From NCBI GenBank assembly GCA_964421595.1, contig CAYQXY010000004.1, positions 9,598-73,597 of the forward strand: 64,000 bases of DNA, given 5' to 3'. This DNA comes from an uncultured Bacteroidales bacterium (lineage in GTDB: Bacteria > Bacteroidota > Bacteroidia > Bacteroidales > PUMT01). Positions 29,000-37,431 of this stretch are shown here, piece after piece; within the stretch, counting starts at the first letter, position 1, and every line of letters starts with the position of its first letter. The notes under the pieces were generated by a model. The model searched no databases and was not told where the DNA came from. It was given only the letters and a program-made list of their open reading frames with translations. Made by a program: the position numbers and the translations under genes.

Positions 29000-29151
29000 T
29001 ATGTTCGATTTATACTTAATACTTGTGACTTTGCAAAATCCTGCTTGCTGAAGCATGTTGTTTGACCTGGTATGAAGGTATTTTTTTTATATTGCATCTT
29101 TTTGTAAAAGTAAAAAAATCCAGTATATATATCCGATAACCTCAGGAAGCA

Positions 29152-30585
29152 ATGAGATTTTTTATACATATTTTTACCATCTTCATTATTTTATCCTGTA
29201 ACCGAAATGCCGCAAATAAAGCAATGATGGAAGAAGCCAGACACCTTATGGAGTCAAACCGGTTTGCCGGATTAATTGAATATGCTGAAAAAATTGATGC
29301 ATTGGCTGAAAGCCATTATGCTGATGAGCTTGATAGCATGGTTGACTATGCAGGCAGATATCTACTGGAATTTCCTTATACCGAAAATGATATTCTTGAA
29401 TTGTTGAATAGAGATTCAGTGAATGCAGATGAGAATTCTTTAAGAACCTGGGAAGAAGCCGGTGAGCTTGAGTATATGTGGATTGATGGTGAGCGAAGAT
29501 ATTTTAAATACGCTCACAGAAATTTATACAGAATTAATGATTCCTTAAGGCGTGAAAAAAGAATTGACGAAGAACGAAACAGGTCCCTTTATGAATTCTG
29601 TGCAGATGAAATTGCCCGGGTGATCGCATCTGCTTCCAGCTACGGGTACGGCACCCCGGTATGTCAGCAAGATATAAAGCTGAATTACAAAATTACAATA
29701 CAGGCAGATGCTGTTCCGGACGGAGAAATTATAAGGTGCTGGATGCCTTATCCTGTTGAAGGGCATATACGGCAGGGCATGGTTCATCTTGTGTCTTCCG
29801 ATCCGGGCAAATACATAATTGCTCCGGACAGTACAAAACAGCGAAGTATTTATTTCGAAAAAACTGCTGTTGAAGGTAAGGCAACGGAATTCAGTATAGA
29901 GCTGGAATTCAGAGCATGGAGTCAGTACTATAACCTTCCGGCACTTAAGGGGAATGTGAGTTCAAAAGGACCAGCTTTAAACGGCTGCTATACCAGTGAA
30001 AGACCTCCCCATATTACATTCAGTAATGAAATACAAGAGCTTGCAGGTAAAATTGTCACCAAAAATATGGATGCCCGTGAAAAAGTTGCTGCATTCTACC
30101 GCTGGTTAAATGACAATATTATCTGGACCTCTGCAATTGAATACGGACTCATGCCTGATATTCCCGGTTATGTTCTGAAAAACAGAAGAGGGGACTGTGG
30201 TATGCAGACATTGTTATTCCTGTCGCTGTGCAGATACGAGGGTATTCCTGCCAGATGGCAGAGCGGGTGGATGCTTCACCCCGGGCATGTAAATCTGCAT
30301 GACTGGAGCGAAGTATATATCGAACCTGCAGGGTGGGTCCCTGTTGATGTGTCTTTCAAGCTCCAGCCATCGGAAAATCAGAAGGTATCAGAATTTTATA
30401 TTTCGGGTATAGACAGCTACAGGCTGATTGTAAACAAGGATTATGGTACTCCTCTTTACCCCCCGAAAAAATTCCCCAGAAGTGAACCTCTCGATTTTCA
30501 GAGGGGCGAGGTTGAATGGAAGGGTGGAAATATTTACTTTAATAAATGGAAATATGATATGGATGTAAGTTACATTACTCCATGA
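29152..30585 (+). CDS. Transglutaminase-like cysteine peptidase-fold lipoprotein
   Basis: Lipobox ILSC. Cys-His-Asp core RRGDCGMQT...HDWSEVY...GWVPVD. Confidence 0.75.
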   Translation: MRFFIHIFTIFIILSCNRNAANKAMMEEARHLMESNRFAGLIEYAEKIDALAESHYADELDSMVDYAGRYLLEFPYTENDILELLNRDSVNADENSLRTWEEAGELEYMWIDGERRYFKYAHRNLYRINDSLRREKRIDEERNRSLYEFCADEIARVIASASSYGYGTPVCQQDIKLNYKITIQADAVPDGEIIRCWMPYPVEGHIRQGMVHLVSSDPGKYIIAPDSTKQRSIYFEKTAVEGKATEFSIELEFRAWSQYYNLPALKGNVSSKGPALNGCYTSERPPHITFSNEIQELAGKIVTKNMDAREKVAAFYRWLNDNIIWTSAIEYGLMPDIPGYVLKNRRGDCGMQTLLFLSLCRYEGIPARWQSGWMLHPGHVNLHDWSEVYIEPAGWVPVDVSFKLQPSENQKVSEFYISGIDSYRLIVNKDYGTPLYPPKKFPRSEPLDFQRGEVEWKGGNIYFNKWKYDMDVSYITP

Positions 30586-31655
30586 CACTAACTATGAAAA
30601 GTAAGTCCAGCACCATAGGCATCAGGTATCAGCCGTTCAGTTTAGAAATGCGCCATGTATTTACCATCTCAGGTGCAAGCAGGAAAACCAGTCCCTCAGT
30701 CCTCGTTGCCCTTGATTTTGCAGGTATGACAGGTTATGGAGAGGCTTCCATCCCTCCATATCTTGGCGAGACGACTGAAAGTGTAATACGGTTCCTTAAA
30801 AAGCTTGATTTTGTTCAGTTCAACTCACCTTTTCAGTTTACTGAAATCACCGACTATGTAATGAATACAGTTCCGGGGAATTTTGCGGCGAAAGCTTCTG
30901 TAGATATAGCACTCAATGACCTTGCAGGAAAAATAAGGGGTGAGCCATGGTTCAGCACCATGAAGATCAATCCCATGAATACTCCTTATACATCATTTAC
31001 GCTTGGAATTGATTCTGTTTCAGTAATCAGTAAAAAAATAAATGAAGCAGCTCCCTATCGTTATATAAAAGTAAAACTTGGTTCTGATTCAGATAAGGAA
31101 ACCATATCCTGTATAAACAGTATTACAGCCAAGCCCCTGGTTGTCGATGTAAACCAGGGGTGGGAAGATAAGTATAAAGCCCTGGATATGATTTGCTGGC
31201 TTGCCGAAAGAGGAGTGATAATGGTAGAACAGCCTTTGCCGGCAGCCAGGATGGACGATATTGCCTGGCTGACCAGGCACAGTCCTCTTCCGGTCTTTGC
31301 TGATGAGGCAGTCCAGACTATAAAAGATTTAGACAATATTACCGGGGTTTATGACGGGATAAACATTAAACTTATGAAATGTGGTGGTATGAGTGCCGGT
31401 CTGGAAATGATCAGAGAAGCACGGAAAAGGGGGCTGTCTGTAATGATTGGCTGTATGACCGAAACTTCCTGTGCAATTTCCGCAGCCGCTCATCTATCGC
31501 CGCTGTGTGATATGGCAGACCTGGACGGGAACCTGCTGATAACAAATGACCCGTTTTCGGGAGTTTTAATTGAAGATGGTAAAATCGTTCTCAATAACCG
31601 GCCAGGCATCGGTGTTGCCCTGCGTCCTGGTAATTTTCCCGTTTTTAAAAAATAA
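30582..31655 (+). CDS. Dipeptide epimerase (L-Ala-D/L-Glu epimerase, enolase superfamily)
   Basis: KVKLG, VDVNQGW, VEQP, ADE and KLMKCGG motifs. The ATGA start overlaps the previous stop. Confidence 0.85.
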   Translation: MTLTMKSKSSTIGIRYQPFSLEMRHVFTISGASRKTSPSVLVALDFAGMTGYGEASIPPYLGETTESVIRFLKKLDFVQFNSPFQFTEITDYVMNTVPGNFAAKASVDIALNDLAGKIRGEPWFSTMKINPMNTPYTSFTLGIDSVSVISKKINEAAPYRYIKVKLGSDSDKETISCINSITAKPLVVDVNQGWEDKYKALDMICWLAERGVIMVEQPLPAARMDDIAWLTRHSPLPVFADEAVQTIKDLDNITGVYDGINIKLMKCGGMSAGLEMIREARKRGLSVMIGCMTETSCAISAAAHLSPLCDMADLDGNLLITNDPFSGVLIEDGKIVLNNRPGIGVALRPGNFPVFKK

Positions 31656-31705
31656 ATTCCTAAACATTACAACCTTGAAACCTATTACTCGTCTTATTTG
31701 TATAA

Positions 31706-31829
31706 TGATGAATCTCCCATGTATGATGGCACAAAAAGAAATGAATAAAGCCTGGGTTATCCATCTGTGGCAACTACTTGACTGGCAAGTGTAACTTGCT
31801 TGTATTTAGATTGGTACTTATTATTTTTC
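31706..31829 (+). repeat. Intergenic structured element, copy C (more degenerate, upstream tandem unit)
   Basis: ATGAATCTCCCATGTATGATGGCACAAAAAGAAATGAATAAAGCCTGGGTTATCCATCTGTGGCAACTACTTGACTGGCAAGTGTAACTTGCTTGTATTTAGATTGGTACTTATTATTTTTCG. It runs directly into copy B. Confidence 0.8.
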
Positions 31830-31959
31830 GGATGAATCTCCCATGAGCCAAGGCACACAAAAAAGAAACGAATAATCAATGGGTGATCCATCCGTGGCAA
31901 CCACGTGATTAGCAATGGTAACTTACTTATATTTAGATTAGTACTTATAGATTTTTCGG
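31830..31959 (+). repeat. Intergenic structured element, copy B (full unit), ending at ATG 31960
   Basis: GGATGAATCTCCCATG, loop AGCCAAGGCACACAAAAAAGAAACGAATAATCA, ATGGGTGATCCATCC, hairpin CGTGG-CAA-CCACG (31893-31905), then GATTAGCAATGGTAACTTACTTATATTTAGATTAGTACTTATAGATTTTTCGG. Confidence 0.85.
31928..31935 (+). promoter_or_regulatory. Possible -7 promoter box TATATTTA (near TAnnTTTG) inside copy B
   Basis: 24 nt upstream of ATG 31960. Conserved as GTATTTA in copy C and TATATTTA in copy D. Confidence 0.35.
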
Positions 31960-32802
31960 ATGAATAGTGTAAAAAAAAGATACATAATGAAAAGTAAGTT
32001 TTATAAAGGGATTGCAATACCCTTTATGATTTTTTTTATCCTTATTGGTGGCTGCGAAAAGGAGGATTTTGCTCTCCCGGTTGGTTTTAGTTTGCATTTC
32101 ACAATTAAAAACGAGGCTATATTAAACGGCTCAATAACGATTGATGAGATTGGTTTGGGACTAAGTATGATTGATATTCGCGGTTACAGAGAACAAGGTG
32201 ATGATGTGTTCCTGACAAGGGAATTTGAGAATGGCGAAAACTTCATAATAAAACCTGCAACTGGAAACCCTGTTGAAAATCTGGATATTCCTCAAGGAAA
32301 TTACAACCCTATCGTATTTTCATTAATCTTCAAACCCGATGAAGACGAAAGTGACTTAACCGATGATATACTTGATTGGCTGGAAGATCTGGATGAGGAT
32401 GATGATATACAAGGACTTCAGGAAAGCTTAGGCGACATAATTGAGGATTATCTTGAGAATTTAACCCCCTGCATCATATTGAGAGGAAAATTCACTTACA
32501 ATAGCAGCACGAAACATATTGTTATTGTGGTAAATGACCCTCTAACCTTTCAAATCCATGGAAAGAACAGAAATGGAGGCTCTGAAGTAATACTTGATAA
32601 AAACTATGGTAATAATGGAAATCTGCAAATCAATCCATCCTACTGGTTTTCAGTTATCACACCTTCAATGTTGAATGATGCATTCATTGGATTGATTGAC
32701 GATGAAGAGTATATTTTTTTAAGCAAACATATAAACAGCCAGATTTACGGGGCTGTTTTCAATAGAATGGAGGAGTCAACTATTTTAACAATAAATGAAT
32801 AG
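31960..32802 (+). CDS. Hypothetical lipoprotein with a strongly acidic segment
   Basis: Lipobox FILIGGC. D/E-rich stretch KPDEDESDLTDDILDWLEDLDEDDDIQGL. The true start may be ATG 31987 (MKSKFYKG), because ATGAAT at 31960 also looks like the first bases of another repeat unit. Confidence 0.6.
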   Translation: MNSVKKRYIMKSKFYKGIAIPFMIFFILIGGCEKEDFALPVGFSLHFTIKNEAILNGSITIDEIGLGLSMIDIRGYREQGDDVFLTREFENGENFIIKPATGNPVENLDIPQGNYNPIVFSLIFKPDEDESDLTDDILDWLEDLDEDDDIQGLQESLGDIIEDYLENLTPCIILRGKFTYNSSTKHIVIVVNDPLTFQIHGKNRNGGSEVILDKNYGNNGNLQINPSYWFSVITPSMLNDAFIGLIDDEEYIFLSKHINSQIYGAVFNRMEESTILTINE

Positions 32803-32813
32803 GCATTTGCTCT

Positions 32814-33371
32814 ATGGTTGGAAATTCACATTATGAAGATTTAGAATTGTTAAGAGGTTGCCTTGAAAATGACAGAAGGTTACAGAAGCAGCTATACAAA
32901 AAATACTTTAAAGTTATGTATCAGATTTGCCTTTCATACAGCGGCGACAGGGTTGAGGCCAAAGATATTCTGCAGGAAGCATTCATAAAAGTATTTACAA
33001 ATCTCGAAAATTTTAACTCAAAAAACTCTTTGGAGGGCTGGATCAGGCGTATCGTTACCAACACATCCATTGATTACTTCAGAAAGAGAAAGAGGCTCGT
33101 TTTTCAGGATGAGTTTCCTGATGAACCTGATGAAGAAGAACGGGGAAGTTTTACATTCCAGGAATTTACAGATGATATTATTCTTCATTATATCAAGCGG
33201 TTACCCGATGGGGCAAGGGTTGTTTTCAATCTGTTTGCTATTGAAGGGTTACCCCATAAAGATATCGCTGAAAAGCTTAATATTAAGGAGGGGACTTCAA
33301 AGTCACAATATAAAAGGGCAAGGAATCTGTTAAAAGGATGGCTTTATGAACATGAACTAAGCAGTCAATGA
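32814..33371 (+). CDS. ECF-type RNA polymerase sigma-70 family factor
   Basis: Region 2 (DILQEAFIKVF...WIRRIVTNTSIDYFRKRKR) and region 4 (LPDGARVVFNLFAIEGLPHKDIAEKLNIKEGTSKSQYKRAR). Confidence 0.9.
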   Translation: MVGNSHYEDLELLRGCLENDRRLQKQLYKKYFKVMYQICLSYSGDRVEAKDILQEAFIKVFTNLENFNSKNSLEGWIRRIVTNTSIDYFRKRKRLVFQDEFPDEPDEEERGSFTFQEFTDDIILHYIKRLPDGARVVFNLFAIEGLPHKDIAEKLNIKEGTSKSQYKRARNLLKGWLYEHELSSQ

Positions 33372-34627
33372 CAAAAAGCAGGTTTGACATAGAGTATAAG
33401 AAATGGCTTCAGCAGATGGATGTTGATGATGATGATTCTGTATGGAACGAAATACAGGATGAATTGGATTTTAAAGAGACCTGGGATAATATTTCCGGTA
33501 GGCTCGATGAGATTCGGCCCAAAAGAGGGAGGTTGGTGCCAATGAATTACCTTAAAGCATTTGCTGCGGCAGCGGCTATTATCCTGATTATGTTATTGCC
33601 ATTCAGGTACTTTGCCGAGCAGGTAAATACCCCGCCCATCATTTCAGAGCTGGGCAACAATGCGGATGATAAGGAACAAATAAAATCAGTTGAGACAACT
33701 CCATTGAAAGCAGCAGAGGATGAGAAGGAATTAGTTCCTGAAATAGCCACTGAAGCCCCACTTGCAAATAACTCGTATAGAAATTCATTGGTGTCGTTTT
33801 CCAGCAACGAGTTAATACCAGATACAGAAAGCATAGATTCAGAAAATACAGCTTATGGTAACAATGAGCCAGACTTCCTTGGAAACGAGGAGCCAGACTT
33901 AAACAGAATGCAAAGTTTGCCATTTGATGCTAAAACTCTTTTAGCCATCAATGATGACATTCCACTTATTGCTATGGAAACAGCTTCCAAAATTGTTTCT
34001 GAGCCTGATAAATCTTCGGGCATTTCTTTTAGAGTTGCCGAGGTTGGATTGCTGTACGGGTATAAGAACACCTGGCTGCTGAACCACGAAACCCGTAATG
34101 GATTAAACCCCGGTAAATTAGGAAATGCACTGCCTACCTTCAACCAGGATATAGGGGTATCATCTATAGTTGAAGTAAATAACCGGCATCAGTTTGGGTT
34201 GGAATTTCTATGGAAATCGGAAGCCGGTCAGGATTATCAGCAGTATATAAACGCAAGCTATGTTGATAGAAATATTAATCTTGATTACCTGAAGTTTCAG
34301 GCATTTTATCTGTGGGAAAACCGCAGGGTTCCGGGTCAGGCAATTGTTGGTGGTTATTTTGCAAGTTTAACTATGGCCGAGGAGCAGCAAGCCAAAGTCC
34401 GCTTCAGCGTTGATAACAGCTATAGCAACCTTGATTATGGTTTACTTGCCGGATATCAGTTTAACATTGAGTTGAAAAACAGAATAGTATTCAAACCAGG
34501 TGTCAGGGTGAACTATAATCTGGTCAATATATTTGAGGGTGACGATATAACTCCCGGCCACTTTAAAAGGACCAAGAACTTTGCTGCCAGCTTCAATATG
34601 ACTCTTTCCTATAAATTTTTTAATTAA
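33368..34627 (+). CDS. Putative anti-sigma factor with a single TM, low-complexity linker and C-terminal outer-membrane beta-barrel-like domain
   Basis: ATGA overlap with the sigma gene. Short N-terminal cytoplasmic segment, TM at FAAAAAIILIMLLPF, an acidic/Ser/Pro-rich linker, and a C-terminal ~200 aa with alternating-residue beta-strand character ending SFNMTLSYKFFN. Confidence 0.6.
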   Translation: MTKSRFDIEYKKWLQQMDVDDDDSVWNEIQDELDFKETWDNISGRLDEIRPKRGRLVPMNYLKAFAAAAAIILIMLLPFRYFAEQVNTPPIISELGNNADDKEQIKSVETTPLKAAEDEKELVPEIATEAPLANNSYRNSLVSFSSNELIPDTESIDSENTAYGNNEPDFLGNEEPDLNRMQSLPFDAKTLLAINDDIPLIAMETASKIVSEPDKSSGISFRVAEVGLLYGYKNTWLLNHETRNGLNPGKLGNALPTFNQDIGVSSIVEVNNRHQFGLEFLWKSEAGQDYQQYINASYVDRNINLDYLKFQAFYLWENRRVPGQAIVGGYFASLTMAEEQQAKVRFSVDNSYSNLDYGLLAGYQFNIELKNRIVFKPGVRVNYNLVNIFEGDDITPGHFKRTKNFAASFNMTLSYKFFN

Positions 34628-34702
34628 GCTTTTATACTGGCAACCAGTTTTTTTTAAATCTGTGGTGAGAAAGCTAAAGTTGGTAAGTTTTAAGAAGAAG
34701 TA

Positions 34703-34729
34703 CAGGTTCGGGTTTAATACCCGAACCTG
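34703..34729. terminator. Strong hairpin between convergent genes (probable bidirectional terminator)
   Basis: CAGGTTCGGGT-TTAAT-ACCCGAACCTG, a perfect 11-bp stem. There is no clear U-tract on either side. Confidence 0.5.
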
Positions 34730-34743
34730 CAATCTAATTTGAT

Positions 34744-35508
34744 CTAATTCAGTTCTTTAATTTTCACGTTCCTGAACCACACTTGTGATCCATGGTCCTG
34801 AAGGGCTATATGTCCTTTTGGATACCTGCCGTACCCGGGAAATTCCTTCCATTTACCTGAATTTACCAGTTCTTCCCATTCTTCCGACCATAATTCATAT
34901 TCAACAACTTTTTCACCATTCAGCCAGTGTTCAACATTTCCGTTGTCAACAATTATCCTGGTACTGTTCCATTCGCCGGCAGGCTTAACCGGTGCGTTAA
35001 CCGGTGCATGCATGCCATAATTTGCAGCAGTATACTGATCAGGGTCAAGCGGATCAGGATATCCTTCATCGTCAAGTATCTGGTATTCCGGACCTGTTGC
35101 ATATACGGCCGGATATTCTTCTTCTGCAACCAGATAAAGAATTCCGGAATTTCCCCCTTCGCTGATTCTCCATTCAGCTTCGAAAATGAAATTCTCAAAT
35201 TGCCTGCGGGTAACTATATCACCACCTATATCTCTACCTATCCCGCTGGCGACAAGGGTTCCCTGATGGGCATACCACCCTTCGTCAATTGTGAGGTCGT
35301 CTTTCCTGAATCCTCTCCAGCCTGTTGTGGTCCTTCCATCGAACAGAAGCTCCCATCCATCGGCTATTTCTTGTTCAGTCAGTACATTATGCTGTACAGT
35401 TTCTGCTTCTTCTTCTGCTTGTCTCTCAGTCCTTTGTCCGCATCCGGCAAGGGATGAAAAGCTAACTATCAGGACAACAAGGAGAAGGGATAAATTGTGT
35501 TTTTGCAT
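34744..35508 (-). CDS. DUF1080 (3-keto-disaccharide hydrolase-like) lipoprotein
   Basis: From the internal ATG, giving MQKHNLSLLLVVLIVSFSSLAGC. DUF1080-type WRGF...GNSGILY...GEWN...LQDHGSQVWFRNVKIKEL. Confidence 0.8.
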   Translation of the reverse strand: MQKHNLSLLLVVLIVSFSSLAGCGQRTERQAEEEAETVQHNVLTEQEIADGWELLFDGRTTTGWRGFRKDDLTIDEGWYAHQGTLVASGIGRDIGGDIVTRRQFENFIFEAEWRISEGGNSGILYLVAEEEYPAVYATGPEYQILDDEGYPDPLDPDQYTAANYGMHAPVNAPVKPAGEWNSTRIIVDNGNVEHWLNGEKVVEYELWSEEWEELVNSGKWKEFPGYGRYPKGHIALQDHGSQVWFRNVKIKELN

Positions 35509-35787
35509 TTTTACAACATTTTTAAAATTTATAATTGGTGTGCTATGTAGAAGTTTTGGAGGGAAACAGTTTACAGGTTCCCTTTCAGACAAAGATAGAT
35601 TATTTTTGGATTAATCAGGATCGCTTCTGACCAATAAAGCAACCAAATCAATCCATGCCTGTTAAAAGGGTGTGTTGGGAGATTGATGAAAAAAATGTAA
35701 ATTAGCAGCCTTTAAATGTATCATTTTCATGCCAGGTACACGATGTAACATGAAAACTCCCGGTTAAAAACAAAATAATTTCTTTAA

Positions 35788-37317
35788 ATGCAGGAAAAAA
35801 TACTGATTCTAGATTTTGGATCACAATATACCCAGTTAATTGCCAGAAAAGTACGTGAATTGCATGTCTATTGTGAAATTTTTCCTTTTAATAAATTTCC
35901 TTTACCTGATTCTACTGTAAAAGGTGTTATTCTCTCAGGCAGTCCCTCATCTGTCAGAGACCAGGGAGCGCCTTCACCTGATCTCAGTGCCTTTACCGGG
36001 AAGGTGCCCATACTCGGCATATGCTATGGTGCACAATATATGGCATTTAAAAACGGTGGCAAGGTAGCTGCCTCAACCACAAGGGAATATGGAAGGGCAA
36101 GGCTTGACTCAATTGATGTAAGCTGTGAATTATTTACAGGGGTAAGCGAAGGTACACAGGTGTGGATGTCTCATGGTGATACAATTCTGGGTTTACCTGA
36201 TAACTACCGGATCATTGGCAGTACGGCTGATGTTGCCATTGCTGCATATCAGGTTGAAAGGGAAAATATTTTTGGAATTCAGTTTCATCCTGAAGTTTAT
36301 CATACGACCGAGGGCAAACTTATCCTGAAGAACTTTGTAGACGATATATGTGGATGCAGCCAGGACTGGACGCCAGCCTCCTTTGTTGAGTCAACAATCA
36401 GTGTCCTCCGTACAGAGCTGAAGGAAGACAAGGTAATACTCGGACTTTCAGGGGGTGTTGATTCATCGGTTACTGCAGTATTGCTGCACCAGGCAATAGG
36501 AGCTAACCTGAATTGCATTTTTGTCGATAACGGCTTGCTTAGAAAGGATGAGTTTTCCAAAGTGCTTAACTCATACAAGGATATGGGTCTCAATGTCAGG
36601 GGTGTGGATGCCAGAGACAGGTTTCTGGATGCTTTAAAGGGCGTTTCCGATCCTGAATTAAAAAGAAAGATTATTGGCCGTTGTTTTATCGAAGTTTTTG
36701 ATCAGGAATCAGGTATACTTGAAGATGTCAGATGGCTCGCCCAGGGTACCATTTACCCTGATGTAATTGAATCTGTTTCCGTAAACGGCCCTTCCGCCAC
36801 TATTAAATCACACCATAATGTTGGCGGGCTTCCTGAAAAGATGAACCTTAAGGTCGTTGAACCGTTGAAATTGCTTTTTAAGGATGAAGTCAGGCGGGTA
36901 GGCACAACTCTCGGGATTGACAAAATATTGCTGAGCCGTCATCCATTTCCCGGTCCGGGATTGGGTATCAGGGTCATCGGAGAGGTAACCCGCGATCGGG
37001 TGGCTATTCTTCAGGAGGTGGATGATATATTTATCAATGGTTTAATGGAATATGATTTATATGACCAGGTTTGGCAGGCAGCTGCTATCTTGCTGCCGGT
37101 TCAGTCAGTCGGGGTTATGGGGGATGAGCGGACATACGAAAATGTTGTTGCGCTGAGGGCTGTAGCTTCTACTGATGGAATGACGGCAGATTGGGTTCAT
37201 TTGCCATATGAGTTTCTCAGCAGGATATCCAGTGAGATAATTAACAAGGTAAGGGGTGTAAACAGGGTGGTATATGACATAAGCTCAAAACCTCCTGCTA
37301 CAATTGAGTGGGAATAA
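35788..37317 (+). CDS. guaA: GMP synthase (glutamine-hydrolysing)
   Basis: [26 protein letters not shown]-loop [11 protein letters not shown]-terminal IEWE. Confidence 0.95.
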   Translation: MQEKILILDFGSQYTQLIARKVRELHVYCEIFPFNKFPLPDSTVKGVILSGSPSSVRDQGAPSPDLSAFTGKVPILGICYGAQYMAFKNGGKVAASTTREYGRARLDSIDVSCELFTGVSEGTQVWMSHGDTILGLPDNYRIIGSTADVAIAAYQVERENIFGIQFHPEVYHTTEGKLILKNFVDDICGCSQDWTPASFVESTISVLRTELKEDKVILGLSGGVDSSVTAVLLHQAIGANLNCIFVDNGLLRKDEFSKVLNSYKDMGLNVRGVDARDRFLDALKGVSDPELKRKIIGRCFIEVFDQESGILEDVRWLAQGTIYPDVIESVSVNGPSATIKSHHNVGGLPEKMNLKVVEPLKLLFKDEVRRVGTTLGIDKILLSRHPFPGPGLGIRVIGEVTRDRVAILQEVDDIFINGLMEYDLYDQVWQAAAILLPVQSVGVMGDERTYENVVALRAVASTDGMTADWVHLPYEFLSRISSEIINKVRGVNRVVYDISSKPPATIEWE

Positions 37318-37431
37318 TCAGCTGATATAATAACTTATGTTAAAAGATTTAATATTTTCAACAAAAGAGCCATTCATATCGTTTAATAATCCATATGCCT
37401 ATATCTCTGTTGTTACTAAAATAAAAATGAT

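Noticed and set aside
31706-31959. Possible CRISPR array, because of the direct repeats
   Set aside because: There are only two contiguous ~125-nt units with no unique spacers between them, the repeats are far longer than CRISPR repeats, and no cas genes lie in the window.
31570-32017. ORFs 31570-31794 (+) and 31757-32017 (-) spanning the tandem repeats, and the mini-ORF ATG AAT CTC CCA TGA (MNLP) at the start of repeat units A and B
   Set aside because: The reading frames are not conserved between repeat copies. MNLP-stop occurs in A and B, while C and D read through to unrelated peptides of 29 and 18 aa. The conservation is therefore at the nucleotide or structure level, not coding.
34927-35457. 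176-aa ORF antisense to the DUF1080 gene, plus other antisense ORFs such as 15642-16142 and 4147-4599
   Set aside because: All overlap motif-supported genes on the other strand and lack any motif of their own.
35693-35787. Possible purine riboswitch upstream of guaA
   Set aside because: I found no match to the conserved three-way-junction core (the UAUA...GGAU...CCGUAAAU-type elements). The sequence is short and AT-rich.
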